Counted from the first letter of the stretch, positions 10,449 through 18,952 are shown. The stretch is DNA of 32,000 nucleotides from Dickeya solani IPO 2222 (GCF_001644705.1 NZ_CP015137.1:2850001-2882000); one strand, 5' to 3'. Program-made: numbers and translations. Notes: a model not told the origin generated them from the letters alone.

Positions 10449-10477
10449 CTGTTCCCCGTGCGAACGGGGATAAACGT
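10449..10477 (+). CRISPR. solitary type I-E-like CRISPR repeat (orphan; no array, no cas genes in window)
   Basis: CTGTTCCCCGTGCGAACGGGGATAAACGT matches about 23/29 positions of the E. coli K-12 I-E repeat as I recall it (GTGTTCCCCGCGCCAGCGGGGATAAACCG). The stem CCCCGT/ACGGGG is kept by a compensatory pair change. AT-rich leader-like DNA lies upstream. No second repeat occurs 32-33 nt downstream. Confidence 0.5.
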
Positions 10478-10509
10478 CGCACAATCCGACGCGGTGATTC
10501 GTTCTTTCA

Positions 10510-10525
10510 TGTGATAAAATTCACA
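10510..10525. promoter_or_regulatory. CRP (cAMP receptor protein) binding site, distal, deo promoter
   Basis: TGTGA-TAAAAT-TCACA is a perfect match to the CRP core consensus TGTGA-N6-TCACA. Confidence 0.7.
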
Positions 10526-10561
10526 TAATTGGTGATTTATGTGCGTTTAATTTCTTTTCTG

Positions 10562-10577
10562 TGTGAATAAAATCACA
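10562..10577. promoter_or_regulatory. CRP binding site, proximal, deo promoter
   Basis: TGTGA-ATAAAA-TCACA is a perfect CRP core. Its centre is 52 bp from the distal site and about 76 bp upstream of the deoC ATG, resembling the tandem-CRP (CytR-type) deoP2 layout of E. coli. Confidence 0.7.
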
Positions 10578-10645
10578 TAACGGAGTGCGTTATCAGGGTG
10601 AAATGCCCGGAAACGCGATAGTGTGGCTGAGAGCGGGAGCTTTGT

Positions 10646-11425
10646 ATGAGTGATTTAACTGCGGCGGCGCAACGCGCGCTGGGACTGATGGATTTAACCA
10701 CCCTGAATGATGACGATACCGATGAGAAGGTGATCGCCCTGTGTCGTCAGGCTAACAGCCCGGCGGGAAAAACCGCCGCTATTTGTATCTACCCGCGTTT
10801 TGTGCCGCTGGCGCGCAAGGTGCTGCGCGAGCAGGGTACGCCGGATGTCCGCATCGCTACCGTGACCAATTTCCCGCATGGCAACGATGACATTGACATT
10901 GCGCTGGCGGAAACTAATGCAGCCATCGCTTATGGCACCGACGAAGTGGACGTGGTGTTCCCCTATCGTGCGCTGATGGCCGGTAACCGTCAGGTCGGTT
11001 TTGACCTGGTGAAAGCCTGTAAGACGGCCTGTGAGGCAGCCGGCGTGTTGTTGAAAGTGATCATTGAAACCGGTGAGCTGAAAACCGACGCGCTGATTCG
11101 TGAGGCCAGCGAGATTGCTATCGACGCCGGAGCGGATTTCATCAAAACCTCCACCGGCAAGGTGGCTGTGAACGCCACGCTGCATTTTGCCGACGTGATG
11201 CTGAGTGTGATCCGCGATAAAGGCGTGGGCGATCGCGTTGGTTTTAAACCGGCCGGCGGCGTGCGCACGGCGGAAGACGCCGCCCATTATCTGCAACTTG
11301 CCGACGCTATCATGGGCGACGGCTGGGCGGATGCTCGCCATTTCCGCTTTGGCGCGTCCGGCTTGCTCGGTAGCTTGCTGAACACGCTGGGCCACGCTGC
11401 CGGGCAGGCGCGCAGCGGCTACTGA
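10646..11425 (+). CDS. deoC: deoxyribose-phosphate aldolase
   Basis: 259 aa. [20 protein letters not shown]...AAICIYPRF...[20 protein letters not shown]...[14 protein letters not shown] is near-identical to E. coli DeoC. SD GGGAG upstream. Confidence 0.97.
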   Translation: MSDLTAAAQRALGLMDLTTLNDDDTDEKVIALCRQANSPAGKTAAICIYPRFVPLARKVLREQGTPDVRIATVTNFPHGNDDIDIALAETNAAIAYGTDEVDVVFPYRALMAGNRQVGFDLVKACKTACEAAGVLLKVIIETGELKTDALIREASEIAIDAGADFIKTSTGKVAVNATLHFADVMLSVIRDKGVGDRVGFKPAGGVRTAEDAAHYLQLADAIMGDGWADARHFRFGASGLLGSLLNTLGHAAGQARSGY

Positions 11426-11486
11426 TACGGTTCGCGCCTGGCGGGCGCGACCATCAGTGCTCATGGATTATGCAGGAGAACGCACC

Positions 11487-12818
11487 TTGTTTCTGATTCA
11501 GGAAATTATCCGCAAAAAACGGGACGGCCATCCGCTCAGTGCGGAGGAAATTCGCTTTTTCATCAACGGTGTGCGCGATAACACCGTGTCGGAAGGGCAG
11601 ATCGCCGCGCTGGCGATGACGGTGTTCTTTCACGACATGAACATGGATGAACGGGTGGCGCTGACACTGGCGATGCGCGATTCCGGCACCGTGCTGGACT
11701 GGTCCGGGCTGAACCTCAACGGTCCGTTGGTGGACAAACATTCGACCGGCGGCGTCGGCGATGTCACGTCGCTGATGCTGGGGCCGATGGTGGCGGCCTG
11801 CGGCGGGTATGTACCGATGATTTCCGGTCGTGGTCTGGGCCACACCGGCGGTACGTTGGACAAGCTGGAGTCGATACCGGGGCTGAATATCTTCCCGGAG
11901 GATGACGTCTTCCGGCAGATCATCCGTCAGGTTGGGGTGGCGATTATCGGGCAAACCAACTCGCTGGCGCCGGCGGACAAGCGTTTTTACGCCACCCGCG
12001 ATATCACCGCCACCGTCGATTCCATCCCGCTGATTACCGCCTCGATTCTGGCGAAAAAGCTGGCGGAAGGGTTGGACGCGCTGGTGATGGACGTCAAAGT
12101 CGGCTCCGGCGCGTTTATGCCGACCTATGAGCAGTCGGAGCAACTGGCGCAGGCGATTGTCGGCGTGGCTAATAATGCCGGCTGCCGCACCAGCGCGCTG
12201 TTGACCGACATGAATCAGGTGCTGGCTTCCAGCGCCGGCAATGCGCTGGAAGTGCGTGAAGCAGTGCGCTTTCTGACCGGCGAGCAGCGTAATCCGCGAC
12301 TGTTCGAGGTGACGATGGCGTTGTGCGAATCCATGCTGCTGGCGGGTCACCTGGCGCGCGATGCCGCTGAGGCGCGAGCAAAACTGCAGGCGGTGCTGGA
12401 TAACGGCCGGGCGGCGGAAGTATTTGGCCGCATGGTGGCGGCCCAGCATGGCCCGGCGGATTTTGTCGAACATTACGATCGTTATCTGCCGCCCGCGACG
12501 CTCAGCAAACCGGTGTTCGCCGAGCGCGACGGCTTTGTCAGTGCGATGGATGCGCGCGCGTTGGGCATGGTAGTGGTGGCGTTGGGTGGTGGTCGACGTC
12601 AGGCCAGTGATATCATTGATCACAGTGTCGGGCTGAGCGACATGGTCAGTCTGGGCGATCGGGTGGATGCGCAGCGTCCGCTGGCGGTGATCCACGCCAG
12701 AACCGAGTCCGACTGGCAACAGGCCGCGCAGGCGCTGCGTGAAGTGATTTGCCTTGATGATCAACCGCCTGCGCCTTGTCCGCTGATTTATCGTCGACTG
12801 GACGCCGCGGACATCTAA
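11487..12818 (+). CDS. deoA: thymidine phosphorylase
   Basis: [31 protein letters not shown]...[10 protein letters not shown]...[20 protein letters not shown] matches E. coli DeoA. I favour TTG 11487, with AGGAGA 7-8 nt upstream and alignment to the E. coli N-terminus. GTG 11457 or ATG 11463 remain possible. Confidence 0.93.
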   Translation: MFLIQEIIRKKRDGHPLSAEEIRFFINGVRDNTVSEGQIAALAMTVFFHDMNMDERVALTLAMRDSGTVLDWSGLNLNGPLVDKHSTGGVGDVTSLMLGPMVAACGGYVPMISGRGLGHTGGTLDKLESIPGLNIFPEDDVFRQIIRQVGVAIIGQTNSLAPADKRFYATRDITATVDSIPLITASILAKKLAEGLDALVMDVKVGSGAFMPTYEQSEQLAQAIVGVANNAGCRTSALLTDMNQVLASSAGNALEVREAVRFLTGEQRNPRLFEVTMALCESMLLAGHLARDAAEARAKLQAVLDNGRAAEVFGRMVAAQHGPADFVEHYDRYLPPATLSKPVFAERDGFVSAMDARALGMVVVALGGGRRQASDIIDHSVGLSDMVSLGDRVDAQRPLAVIHARTESDWQQAAQALREVICLDDQPPAPCPLIYRRLDAADI

Positions 12819-12916
12819 CCTACTGTCGCCGCCCGGCCTTACACGCATTGGTACTTTACGTAACTGGTGCTTTACGTAAAAGCTGTGCCCTTACGCACGA
12901 CGCAGGAGATAATTAC

Positions 12917-14140
12917 ATGAAACGTGCATTTATTATGGTTCTCGACTCGTTCGGGATTGGCAGCGCCGCTGATGCCGAACGGTTTGGCGACGTAGGTTCA
13001 GATACGCTGGGCCATATCGCACAAGCCTGCGCACAAGGCAAGGCCGATGTCGGCCGACAAGGGCCGCTGAAACTGCCGAACCTGAGCCGTCTGGGGCTGG
13101 GCAAGGCAGCGGAAGGTTCCACCGGGCAGTTCCCGCCGGGATTGGATGAACAGGCCGATATCATCGGCGCGTACGCGTACGCCAGCGAAATTTCCTCCGG
13201 CAAGGACACACCGTCCGGCCACTGGGAAATCGGTGGGGTGCCGGTGCTGTTCGACTGGGGCTATTTCAGCGATGAGCACAACAGTTTCCCGCAGGCGCTG
13301 CTGGACCGGCTGGTCGAACGTGCCGGGCTGCCGGGCTATCTTGGCAACTGCCATTCTTCCGGCACCGTGATCCTCGACCAACTCGGCGAGGAACACATGA
13401 AAACCGGCAAACCGATTTTCTACACCTCGGCGGATTCGGTATTCCAGATCGCCTGCCACGAAGAAACCTTCGGGCTGGAGAAACTGTACCAACTGTGTGA
13501 AATCGCCCGCGAAGAGCTGACCGAAGGCGGCTACAACATTGGGCGAGTGATCGCCCGGCCATTCGTCGGCGACAAGGTCGGCCAGTTCCAGCGTACCGGC
13601 AACCGTCACGATCTGGCGGTAGAGCCGCCGGCGCCGACCATGCTGAAAAAGCTGGTGGACGAGAAAAGCGGCACTGTGGTGTCGGTGGGGAAAATCGCGG
13701 ATATCTATGCCAACGTCGGCATCACCAAAAAGGTGAAAGCCACCGGCATCGACGCGCTGTTTGACGCGACGCTGAAAGAGATGGAGCAGGCGGGTGACGA
13801 CACTATCGTGTTCACCAACTTTGTCGATTTCGACTCTTCTTACGGCCACCGCCGTGATGTGCCCGGTTATGCGGCGGCGCTGGAGCTGTTTGACCGCCGT
13901 TTACCGGAGATGCTCGCTCGCGTGAAGGGCGACGATATCCTGATCCTGACCGCCGACCACGGTTGCGACCCGAGCTGGCCCGGCACCGATCACACCCGCG
14001 AACACGTGCCGGTGCTGATTTACGGGCCAGGCGTGACGCCGGGCGACCGTGGCCATCGCACCACCTTTGCCGATATCGGCCAGACGGTGGCCGGCTACTT
14101 CGGGCTGTCGCCGATGGATTACGGCAAGTCGATTTTGTGA
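12917..14140 (+). CDS. deoB: phosphopentomutase
   Basis: 407 aa from ATG 12917 ([15 protein letters not shown]...), near-identical to E. coli DeoB. SD CAGGAGA upstream. The ORF-track start at 12776 is a spurious upstream extension. Confidence 0.97.
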   Translation: MKRAFIMVLDSFGIGSAADAERFGDVGSDTLGHIAQACAQGKADVGRQGPLKLPNLSRLGLGKAAEGSTGQFPPGLDEQADIIGAYAYASEISSGKDTPSGHWEIGGVPVLFDWGYFSDEHNSFPQALLDRLVERAGLPGYLGNCHSSGTVILDQLGEEHMKTGKPIFYTSADSVFQIACHEETFGLEKLYQLCEIAREELTEGGYNIGRVIARPFVGDKVGQFQRTGNRHDLAVEPPAPTMLKKLVDEKSGTVVSVGKIADIYANVGITKKVKATGIDALFDATLKEMEQAGDDTIVFTNFVDFDSSYGHRRDVPGYAAALELFDRRLPEMLARVKGDDILILTADHGCDPSWPGTDHTREHVPVLIYGPGVTPGDRGHRTTFADIGQTVAGYFGLSPMDYGKSIL

Positions 14141-14205
14141 CAGGTCGATTTTGTGGCAGGTCAATGTTGTGATAGGTCAATGTTGTGACAGGTCAATGCT
14201 GTGAC
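14126..14205 (+). repeat. 16-bp tandem repeat, 5 copies, beginning in the last codons of deoB
   Basis: Units are aagtcgattttgtgac, aggtcgattttgtggc, aggtcaatgttgtgat, aggtcaatgttgtgac and aggtcaatgctgtgac, head-to-tail with no spacer. Copy 1 contains the deoB stop codon. Confidence 0.9.
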
Positions 14206-14224
14206 ACGGGCCGTCGACCGACGC

Positions 14225-14351
14225 TATACCCAAAATAATTCGAGTTGCAGGACGGCGGCAACCGAGCGAATCCCCAGGAGCTTACATCAGTAAGTGACTG
14301 GGGTGAACGAGGGCAGCCAACACACCTGCAACTTGAAGTATGACGGGTATA
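14225..14351 (+). repeat. ERIC (enterobacterial repetitive intergenic consensus / IRU) element, canonical 127 bp
   Basis: It contains both ERIC-PCR primer targets (GAATCCCCAGGAGCTTACAT and AAGTAAGTGACTGGGGTGA). The terminal inverted repeats are TATACCCAAAATAATTCGAGTTGCAGG and CCTGCAACTTGAAGTATGACGGGTATA. Confidence 0.9.
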
Positions 14352-14399
14352 TAATTCATCATCATGATTTCACACTGAATTTGAGAAGGAAGAAAAAGG

Positions 14400-15125
14400 A
14401 TGGCTACGCCACATATCAATGCAGAAATGGGTGACTTCGCGGACGTGGTGCTGATGCCGGGCGACCCGCTGCGTGCCAAATACATCGCGGAAACCTTTCT
14501 GGAAAACGCGGTGGAAGTGAACAATGTGCGCGGCATGCTGGGCTTCACAGGTACCTACAAAGGTCGCCGCATTTCGGTGATGGGCCACGGTATGGGCATT
14601 CCGTCCTGCTCCATTTATACCAAGGAACTGATCACCGAGTACGGCGTGAAGAAAATTATCCGCGTCGGTTCCTGCGGTGCAGTGCGTGAAGACGTGAAAC
14701 TGCGTGACGTGGTGATCGGCATGGGTGCCTGCACCGATTCCAAAGTGAACCGCATGCGCTTTAAAGATCACGACTTTGCGGCCATTGCTGACTTCGACCT
14801 GCTGCGCCATGCGGTGGATGCCGCCAAAGCGCGCGGCATCAACGCCCGCGTCGGTAACCTGTTCTCCGCTGACTTGTTCTACACCCCGGACCCGCAAATG
14901 TTCGACGTGATGGAGAAATACGGTGTTCTGGGCGTAGAAATGGAAGCGGCCGGCATCTACGGCGTAGCGGCGGAGTTCGGCGCCAAAGCGCTGGCGATCT
15001 GCACCGTGTCCGACCATATCCGTACCCACGAGCAGACCACGGCGGCCGAGCGCCAGACCACCTTCAACGAGATGATCGAGATCGCGCTCGAATCCGTGCT
15101 GCTGGGCGACAACGACAACGCCTGA
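14400..15125 (+). CDS. deoD: purine nucleoside phosphorylase DeoD-type
   Basis: 241 aa. [35 protein letters not shown]...[14 protein letters not shown]...[20 protein letters not shown] is near-identical to E. coli DeoD. SD AAGGA upstream. Confidence 0.97.
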   Translation: MATPHINAEMGDFADVVLMPGDPLRAKYIAETFLENAVEVNNVRGMLGFTGTYKGRRISVMGHGMGIPSCSIYTKELITEYGVKKIIRVGSCGAVREDVKLRDVVIGMGACTDSKVNRMRFKDHDFAAIADFDLLRHAVDAAKARGINARVGNLFSADLFYTPDPQMFDVMEKYGVLGVEMEAAGIYGVAAEFGAKALAICTVSDHIRTHEQTTAAERQTTFNEMIEIALESVLLGDNDNA

Positions 15126-15195
15126 TGACACAAACAGGGCCGCTGGCGTTTGGTGAAACATCACCGTTAACCCGAGTGTAAGCTTGTGATATCTG

Positions 15196-15231
15196 AACGC
15201 CCCCGGTATTAACGCCGGGGGCGTTTTTTTA
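15196..15231 (+). terminator. deo operon intrinsic terminator
   Basis: AACGCCCCCGG (15196-15206) and CCGGGGGCGTT (15215-15225) form an 11-bp GC-rich stem, followed by a T7 run. Confidence 0.85.
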
Positions 15232-15287
15232 TGATGCCTGCTGGTTCAGCTTATCGCCGTGCTCGCTGTTTTTGCACGGTGCTGGCG

Positions 15288-15749
15288 TTACGCCGCCACC
15301 TCATCAAGGCATTTCACGCCGTCAGCGGTGCGAATCCAGCGCGGGGCTTTCAGCTCGGCGGTGAAGTGCCAGACCAGCTCGGCCAGCAACCCGGTCAGCG
15401 TGTGTTCCATTTCCAGTGATAACCCCCGGCCTGCCAGCAACTGCGCCAGCGTGAGGCAGTAGTCGCAAAGCAGGTCAGAATCGGGTTCAAAGCAGGGAGA
15501 AGCGGCGGGAAGGACATCAGTGGTGAGGCTTTCGGTCAGGTGCGCCGGAATCGGTTGGTTCAGCGTCGGTCTCAGCAGCGCCAGCCCAGCGGTAAGCCGG
15601 GTGCAGTACGCCAGCCGCAGCGCCGGGTCATCGCTTTCCATCAGGTTTTCGGCGACGCGTTCGCAGTAATCGGCGAGCACGGTGAAATCCGTAGCGGTGC
15701 TGAAGGAAACGGTGAGTAACGGGTGAGTTTGGGTAGTGATGGTAGCCAT
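15288..15749 (-). CDS. hypothetical acidic protein (153 aa), no family recognised
   Basis: ORF from ATG 15749 (MATITTQTHPLLTVSF...), with GGAG 8 nt upstream. GC and codon usage look host-like. The ORF-track start at 15890 lacks an SD and runs through a highly structured segment. I recognise no conserved motif. Confidence 0.55.
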   Translation of the reverse strand: MATITTQTHPLLTVSFSTATDFTVLADYCERVAENLMESDDPALRLAYCTRLTAGLALLRPTLNQPIPAHLTESLTTDVLPAASPCFEPDSDLLCDYCLTLAQLLAGRGLSLEMEHTLTGLLAELVWHFTAELKAPRWIRTADGVKCLDEVAA

Positions 15750-15918
15750 AAGGCAGTCTCCGATGAGTGAGTAAAGAATATCACCACCACCGAAGAGACC
15801 AATCTTGCGGGTGGTGGACTGAGCGGAGTTGGTCTTACCGGCCTCATCGGATACCGGCGCACCTTGCGGTGCCCCCACCCAGCCCACCATAATTCGGCAT
15901 AGCTAAGCATTACGACAT

Positions 15919-15940
15919 AAAAAAAGACGCTGGCGCGTCC
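15919..15940 (-). terminator. intrinsic terminator downstream of hsdS (minus strand)
   Basis: The minus-strand RNA reads GGACGC-GCCA-GCGUC-UUUUUUU, a 5-bp stem, 4-nt loop and U7. It lies about 150 nt after the hsdS stop. Confidence 0.6.
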
Positions 15941-16092
15941 TATGTCGCCGATGAAGTATTTCAGGAGACCAATCCCGGCACCTGATTTTGCAGGTGCGGG
16001 TAAAAGATAGCGCTATTGGTGAAGGGCCGCAAGGGGTTTTGTGACCAGCAGCACGGCGCAACGCGAATCTGGAATACGCCGCGCAAAAACGC

Positions 16093-17325
16093 TTATTTGA
16101 CTGTGACTTGTCCGTTCATCAGCAGGGGGAGAAGCCAGTCGCGGAATTTGATTAACTCTATATTTTCCAGACTACGTGTAAAGATCATCTGATTGTAACC
16201 TGAGACGATGACATCATATTTTTTCAACAAATCAGGTAGTGGATACACAACTGCCAAAGAGTAAAGATCATCTTTGGTGATTGACCCAAATGTTGTTCCC
16301 TCTGTATTTCGGCGGTCAAAAATTTGTTTGAAATACTTCATAACATAGAACAAAAAACTATCTGAACCAGTTTTACTGTTTAAAGCCGCAAGTCCACGAC
16401 CAATGCAACAATCATCACTGGCAATATTGATATCTCCTACGGGAGCGCGAACACTCAGTAGAATATCGCCTTTCTTCGCCATTCTCACTGGTACGGTTGT
16501 ATATTTCCGTGGAGTTGGGAAAAGCCAGCCAAAATCAGTTGAACCCTGAAAAAATAAAGTTCCCGTACCGTCTTCATTATAAGACTCTCCTGCCGGGGAT
16601 AATCCCATCGTAATGTTAGCTATTTGGGATAAGGTCTTTACTTCCCAATCCGCCGGAATTTCCCGCTTCAAAGTAGCGTTATATTCCATCTTTCCGCCGG
16701 AGGTTTTATAGGGTTTGCCGTTAACATCCGGGAAATCAAATTGCACAAACCAGTAGTCGTACAATGTTTTCGCCATCGCTTCCAGTTCGGTGTTGATGCG
16801 GTTGTTGAGTTCGATTTTTTTGTCAATGGCTAACAGTGTATCCACTATTGAATGCTGGACATTCTTTGGATAACGTGGGATTTTTACATTGCTAAGTATA
16901 TCTTGATTCAGATTGTTAATGTTTGTCCCAGCAACATGAGTGATAGAGGATTTAAAAAAATTGGTTCTGGAAAAATAAGCAAGGAAAAGGCTGATAAAAT
17001 CATCAGTTTTTGGCCTGGCTCGGATACAAAAACCAGAGTAAAGCGATGTTTCATTACGGTCGATGTAAAGGCTTCGGCCTACAAGTGCCTTATTCCCGTT
17101 GGAGCGAACATATATAATATCGCCTTCCTTAAGGTAATCTTCTTTTTTTGCTACTCCAAGCGGGTTTATTTCACCTAATGTTTCCCATTGAGGTGAAAAG
17201 TAATCTTTGAAGTCTGCTACTCCAATTAGTCGACATCCTTTTCCATGACTATCTTTGCTAAAGTTCAAACCATTTCTGAATTCAGCAACATCTCCATATT
17301 TCAAGAAGGTAACAAAATCAATCAT
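16093..17325 (-). CDS. hsdS: Type I restriction-modification specificity subunit HsdS
   Basis: 410 aa with two variable target-recognition halves. Each is followed by a conserved helical spacer (…IDKKIELNNRINTELEAMAKTLYDYWFVQFDFP… and …ENIELIKFRDWLLPLLMNGQVTV). The start ATG overlaps the hsdM stop (ATGATTGA). A sampled 60-nt line is 35% GC. Confidence 0.9.
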   Translation of the reverse strand: MIDFVTFLKYGDVAEFRNGLNFSKDSHGKGCRLIGVADFKDYFSPQWETLGEINPLGVAKKEDYLKEGDIIYVRSNGNKALVGRSLYIDRNETSLYSGFCIRARPKTDDFISLFLAYFSRTNFFKSSITHVAGTNINNLNQDILSNVKIPRYPKNVQHSIVDTLLAIDKKIELNNRINTELEAMAKTLYDYWFVQFDFPDVNGKPYKTSGGKMEYNATLKREIPADWEVKTLSQIANITMGLSPAGESYNEDGTGTLFFQGSTDFGWLFPTPRKYTTVPVRMAKKGDILLSVRAPVGDINIASDDCCIGRGLAALNSKTGSDSFLFYVMKYFKQIFDRRNTEGTTFGSITKDDLYSLAVVYPLPDLLKKYDVIVSGYNQMIFTRSLENIELIKFRDWLLPLLMNGQVTVK

Positions 17326-18952
17326 ACTTCAACCCCGCCAGTTGCTGTTTAATCTTCGCTTCCAGCTTGTGTGACTGGTTGAACAAGTCATCCAGATTGT
17401 CGCTAAACCCTTTTATTTTGGCGGCAAACTGTTCCGGCGTCATATCCGAATACTCAATCTTGACCTCAAAATACTGCCCGGCGCTGAACGAGTAATTCTT
17501 CGCGGCTATCTCGTCGTAAGAAACCACCACCGAGAAGTCTTCTTCGTTCCACTGGTTAGTAAACACTTCGCAGATGCGCTGCTCTTCTTCCTGTGTCAGC
17601 ACCGTTTTCTGGTTTTTACCGTCTTTGACCTTTTCCCCCAGACCGGAGGCATCAATCAGCACCACCTTTTCTTTATTGCTGGCGTCGATAAACAGAATCG
17701 AGACGTTGGTGCCGGTGGTGGCGAAAATATTGGATGGCATCGATACCACGCCCGCCAGCATCCTGTTTTTCACCAGATGCTCACGAATGGCTTTATCAAT
17801 GCCGGACTGCGCGGTAATAAACCCGGTCGGCACCACCACCGCCGCTTTTCCGCCCGGTTTCAGCGAATAAATAATGTGTTGCAGGAACAACTGATAAATC
17901 GCCATTTTGTCTTTAGCGGATTTCGGGATGTTCGGAATACCGGCAAAGAAGCGCGGCTGATTTTCTTTGGTATCCAATTCATCGCGGAAATCACTGAAAT
18001 CCATCTTAAACGGCGGGTTGGAGACGATATAGTCAAAGCGTTGCAGCGCCTGCCCGTCCTGGTGGTACGGGTGCAGAATGGTGTTGCCCTGAATCACATT
18101 CGGGATGGAATGCACCAGATTATTCAGGATCAGGTTCAGGCGCAGCAGGCTGGAGGATTTTTGCGAGATATCCTGAGTGAAAATGCTGCAACGGTCTTCA
18201 CCGATGGCGTGCGCCACGTTCATCAGCAGCGTACCGGAACCGGCGGACGGGTCGTAACAGGTGACGTCGCGCACGATGCCCCGTTGCGCTTCCGGTACCA
18301 GAATGGCGGCCATAATGCGCGCCACCGCGTGCGGCGTGTAGTACTCGGCGTATTTGCCGCCGGCGTTGCTGTTGTAGTCTTTGATCAGGTACTCAAAGAT
18401 GGTGGCGTAGAAATCAAATTTCTGGGTAAAGATGCGCTCGAAGCTGAACTTCACCAGCTTGTTGATAATGGCGCGGCAGAAGTCATCACGTTTCGAACTG
18501 TCAGCGATAAACTGGCTGAGGCGGTCAAACAGCACCACTTTGGCACCGCCGTCGGTTTTTACCGCGAACACGTCGTTGTTCGTAGTGGCGATATCGTTCA
18601 GGGTGTCGTCAAAGGTGTCGGCGAAGCCCGCTGTGTTCTGCCCGTTAAACAGGTGGGTAATAAAGTGATGTGGTTTCAGGCGTGCGGTATCAGCGTTCAT
18701 TCTCAGTTGCAACTTGTCCAACTGTTCTTCGCTCATCTGGCTGATAGCCTCTTCCCAGCGTTCCGCACTGGCGATGGTTTTATCCACTTTTTTCGCTTCA
18801 TAGGCGAATTTGTCGTTCAGGAATTTGTACAGAAATGCCTGAGTAATAATCTTGAATTCGTTACCGTCGTTCCCCAGGCCATAGCTGGCGCAAACGCTTT
18901 TCAGGCTATCGATCAGGGTTTTGGTTGTGTCTCTAAATTCCAGCTCTACCAC
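17318..18952 (-). CDS. hsdM: Type I restriction-modification N6-adenine DNA methyltransferase subunit HsdM
   Basis: 544 aa. The AdoMet motif is DPSAGSGTLL and the catalytic motif IV is IVSNPPF. The N-terminal region is HsdM_N-like (FLYKFLNDKF). The GTG start overlaps the hsdR stop (GTGGTAG). Confidence 0.95.
   Translation of the reverse strand: MVELEFRDTTKTLIDSLKSVCASYGLGNDGNEFKIITQAFLYKFLNDKFAYEAKKVDKTIASAERWEEAISQMSEEQLDKLQLRMNADTARLKPHHFITHLFNGQNTAGFADTFDDTLNDIATTNNDVFAVKTDGGAKVVLFDRLSQFIADSSKRDDFCRAIINKLVKFSFERIFTQKFDFYATIFEYLIKDYNSNAGGKYAEYYTPHAVARIMAAILVPEAQRGIVRDVTCYDPSAGSGTLLMNVAHAIGEDRCSIFTQDISQKSSSLLRLNLILNNLVHSIPNVIQGNTILHPYHQDGQALQRFDYIVSNPPFKMDFSDFRDELDTKENQPRFFAGIPNIPKSAKDKMAIYQLFLQHIIYSLKPGGKAAVVVPTGFITAQSGIDKAIREHLVKNRMLAGVVSMPSNIFATTGTNVSILFIDASNKEKVVLIDASGLGEKVKDGKNQKTVLTQEEEQRICEVFTNQWNEEDFSVVVSYDEIAAKNYSFSAGQYFEVKIEYSDMTPEQFAAKIKGFSDNLDDLFNQSHKLEAKIKQQLAGLKYD

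Noticed and set aside
10478-10540. Possibility that the CRISPR-like repeat at 10449-10477 begins a real array.
   Set aside because: A second repeat would be expected about 61 nt downstream (around 10510). That position holds a perfect CRP site and nothing resembling the repeat, and no other copy occurs in the window. I therefore call it a solitary repeat.
12776-12916. N-terminal extensions given by the ORF track: deoB from 12776, deoA from 11457, rsmC from 23389, LysR from 25489, SDR from 29067, budR from 31539 and the orphan ORF from 15890.
   Set aside because: In each case an internal start codon has a good Shine-Dalgarno sequence and aligns with the N-terminus of the known orthologue. The extensions overlap upstream genes or regulatory DNA.
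15750-15900. Resemblance of the orphan-ORF leader to the fluoride (crcB) riboswitch (GAUGAGGCC...CUCC) or the guanidine-III riboswitch (GGUGCGCCG...).
   Set aside because: Only short strings match. The required pseudoknot partners (GGAG/CUCC register for crcB, CGGCGC partner for guanidine-III) are absent. The downstream gene is not a fluoride or guanidine transporter.
15770-15900. Plus-strand reading frame encoding a glycine-zipper-like peptide (...NLAGGGLSGVGLTGLIGYRR...), which could be a small membrane or toxin peptide.
   Set aside because: There is no ATG/GTG/TTG start with an RBS in that frame after the preceding stop. It is the antisense of the structured leader, so the support is insufficient.
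16800-17160. Homopolymer tracts in hsdS (T7 near 16812, A7 near 16955, T7 near 17143) as possible phase-variation switches.
   Set aside because: The tracts are only 7 nt, consistent with AT-rich composition. There is no longer SSR, no second hsdS copy, and no recombinase or inverted repeats for shuffling.
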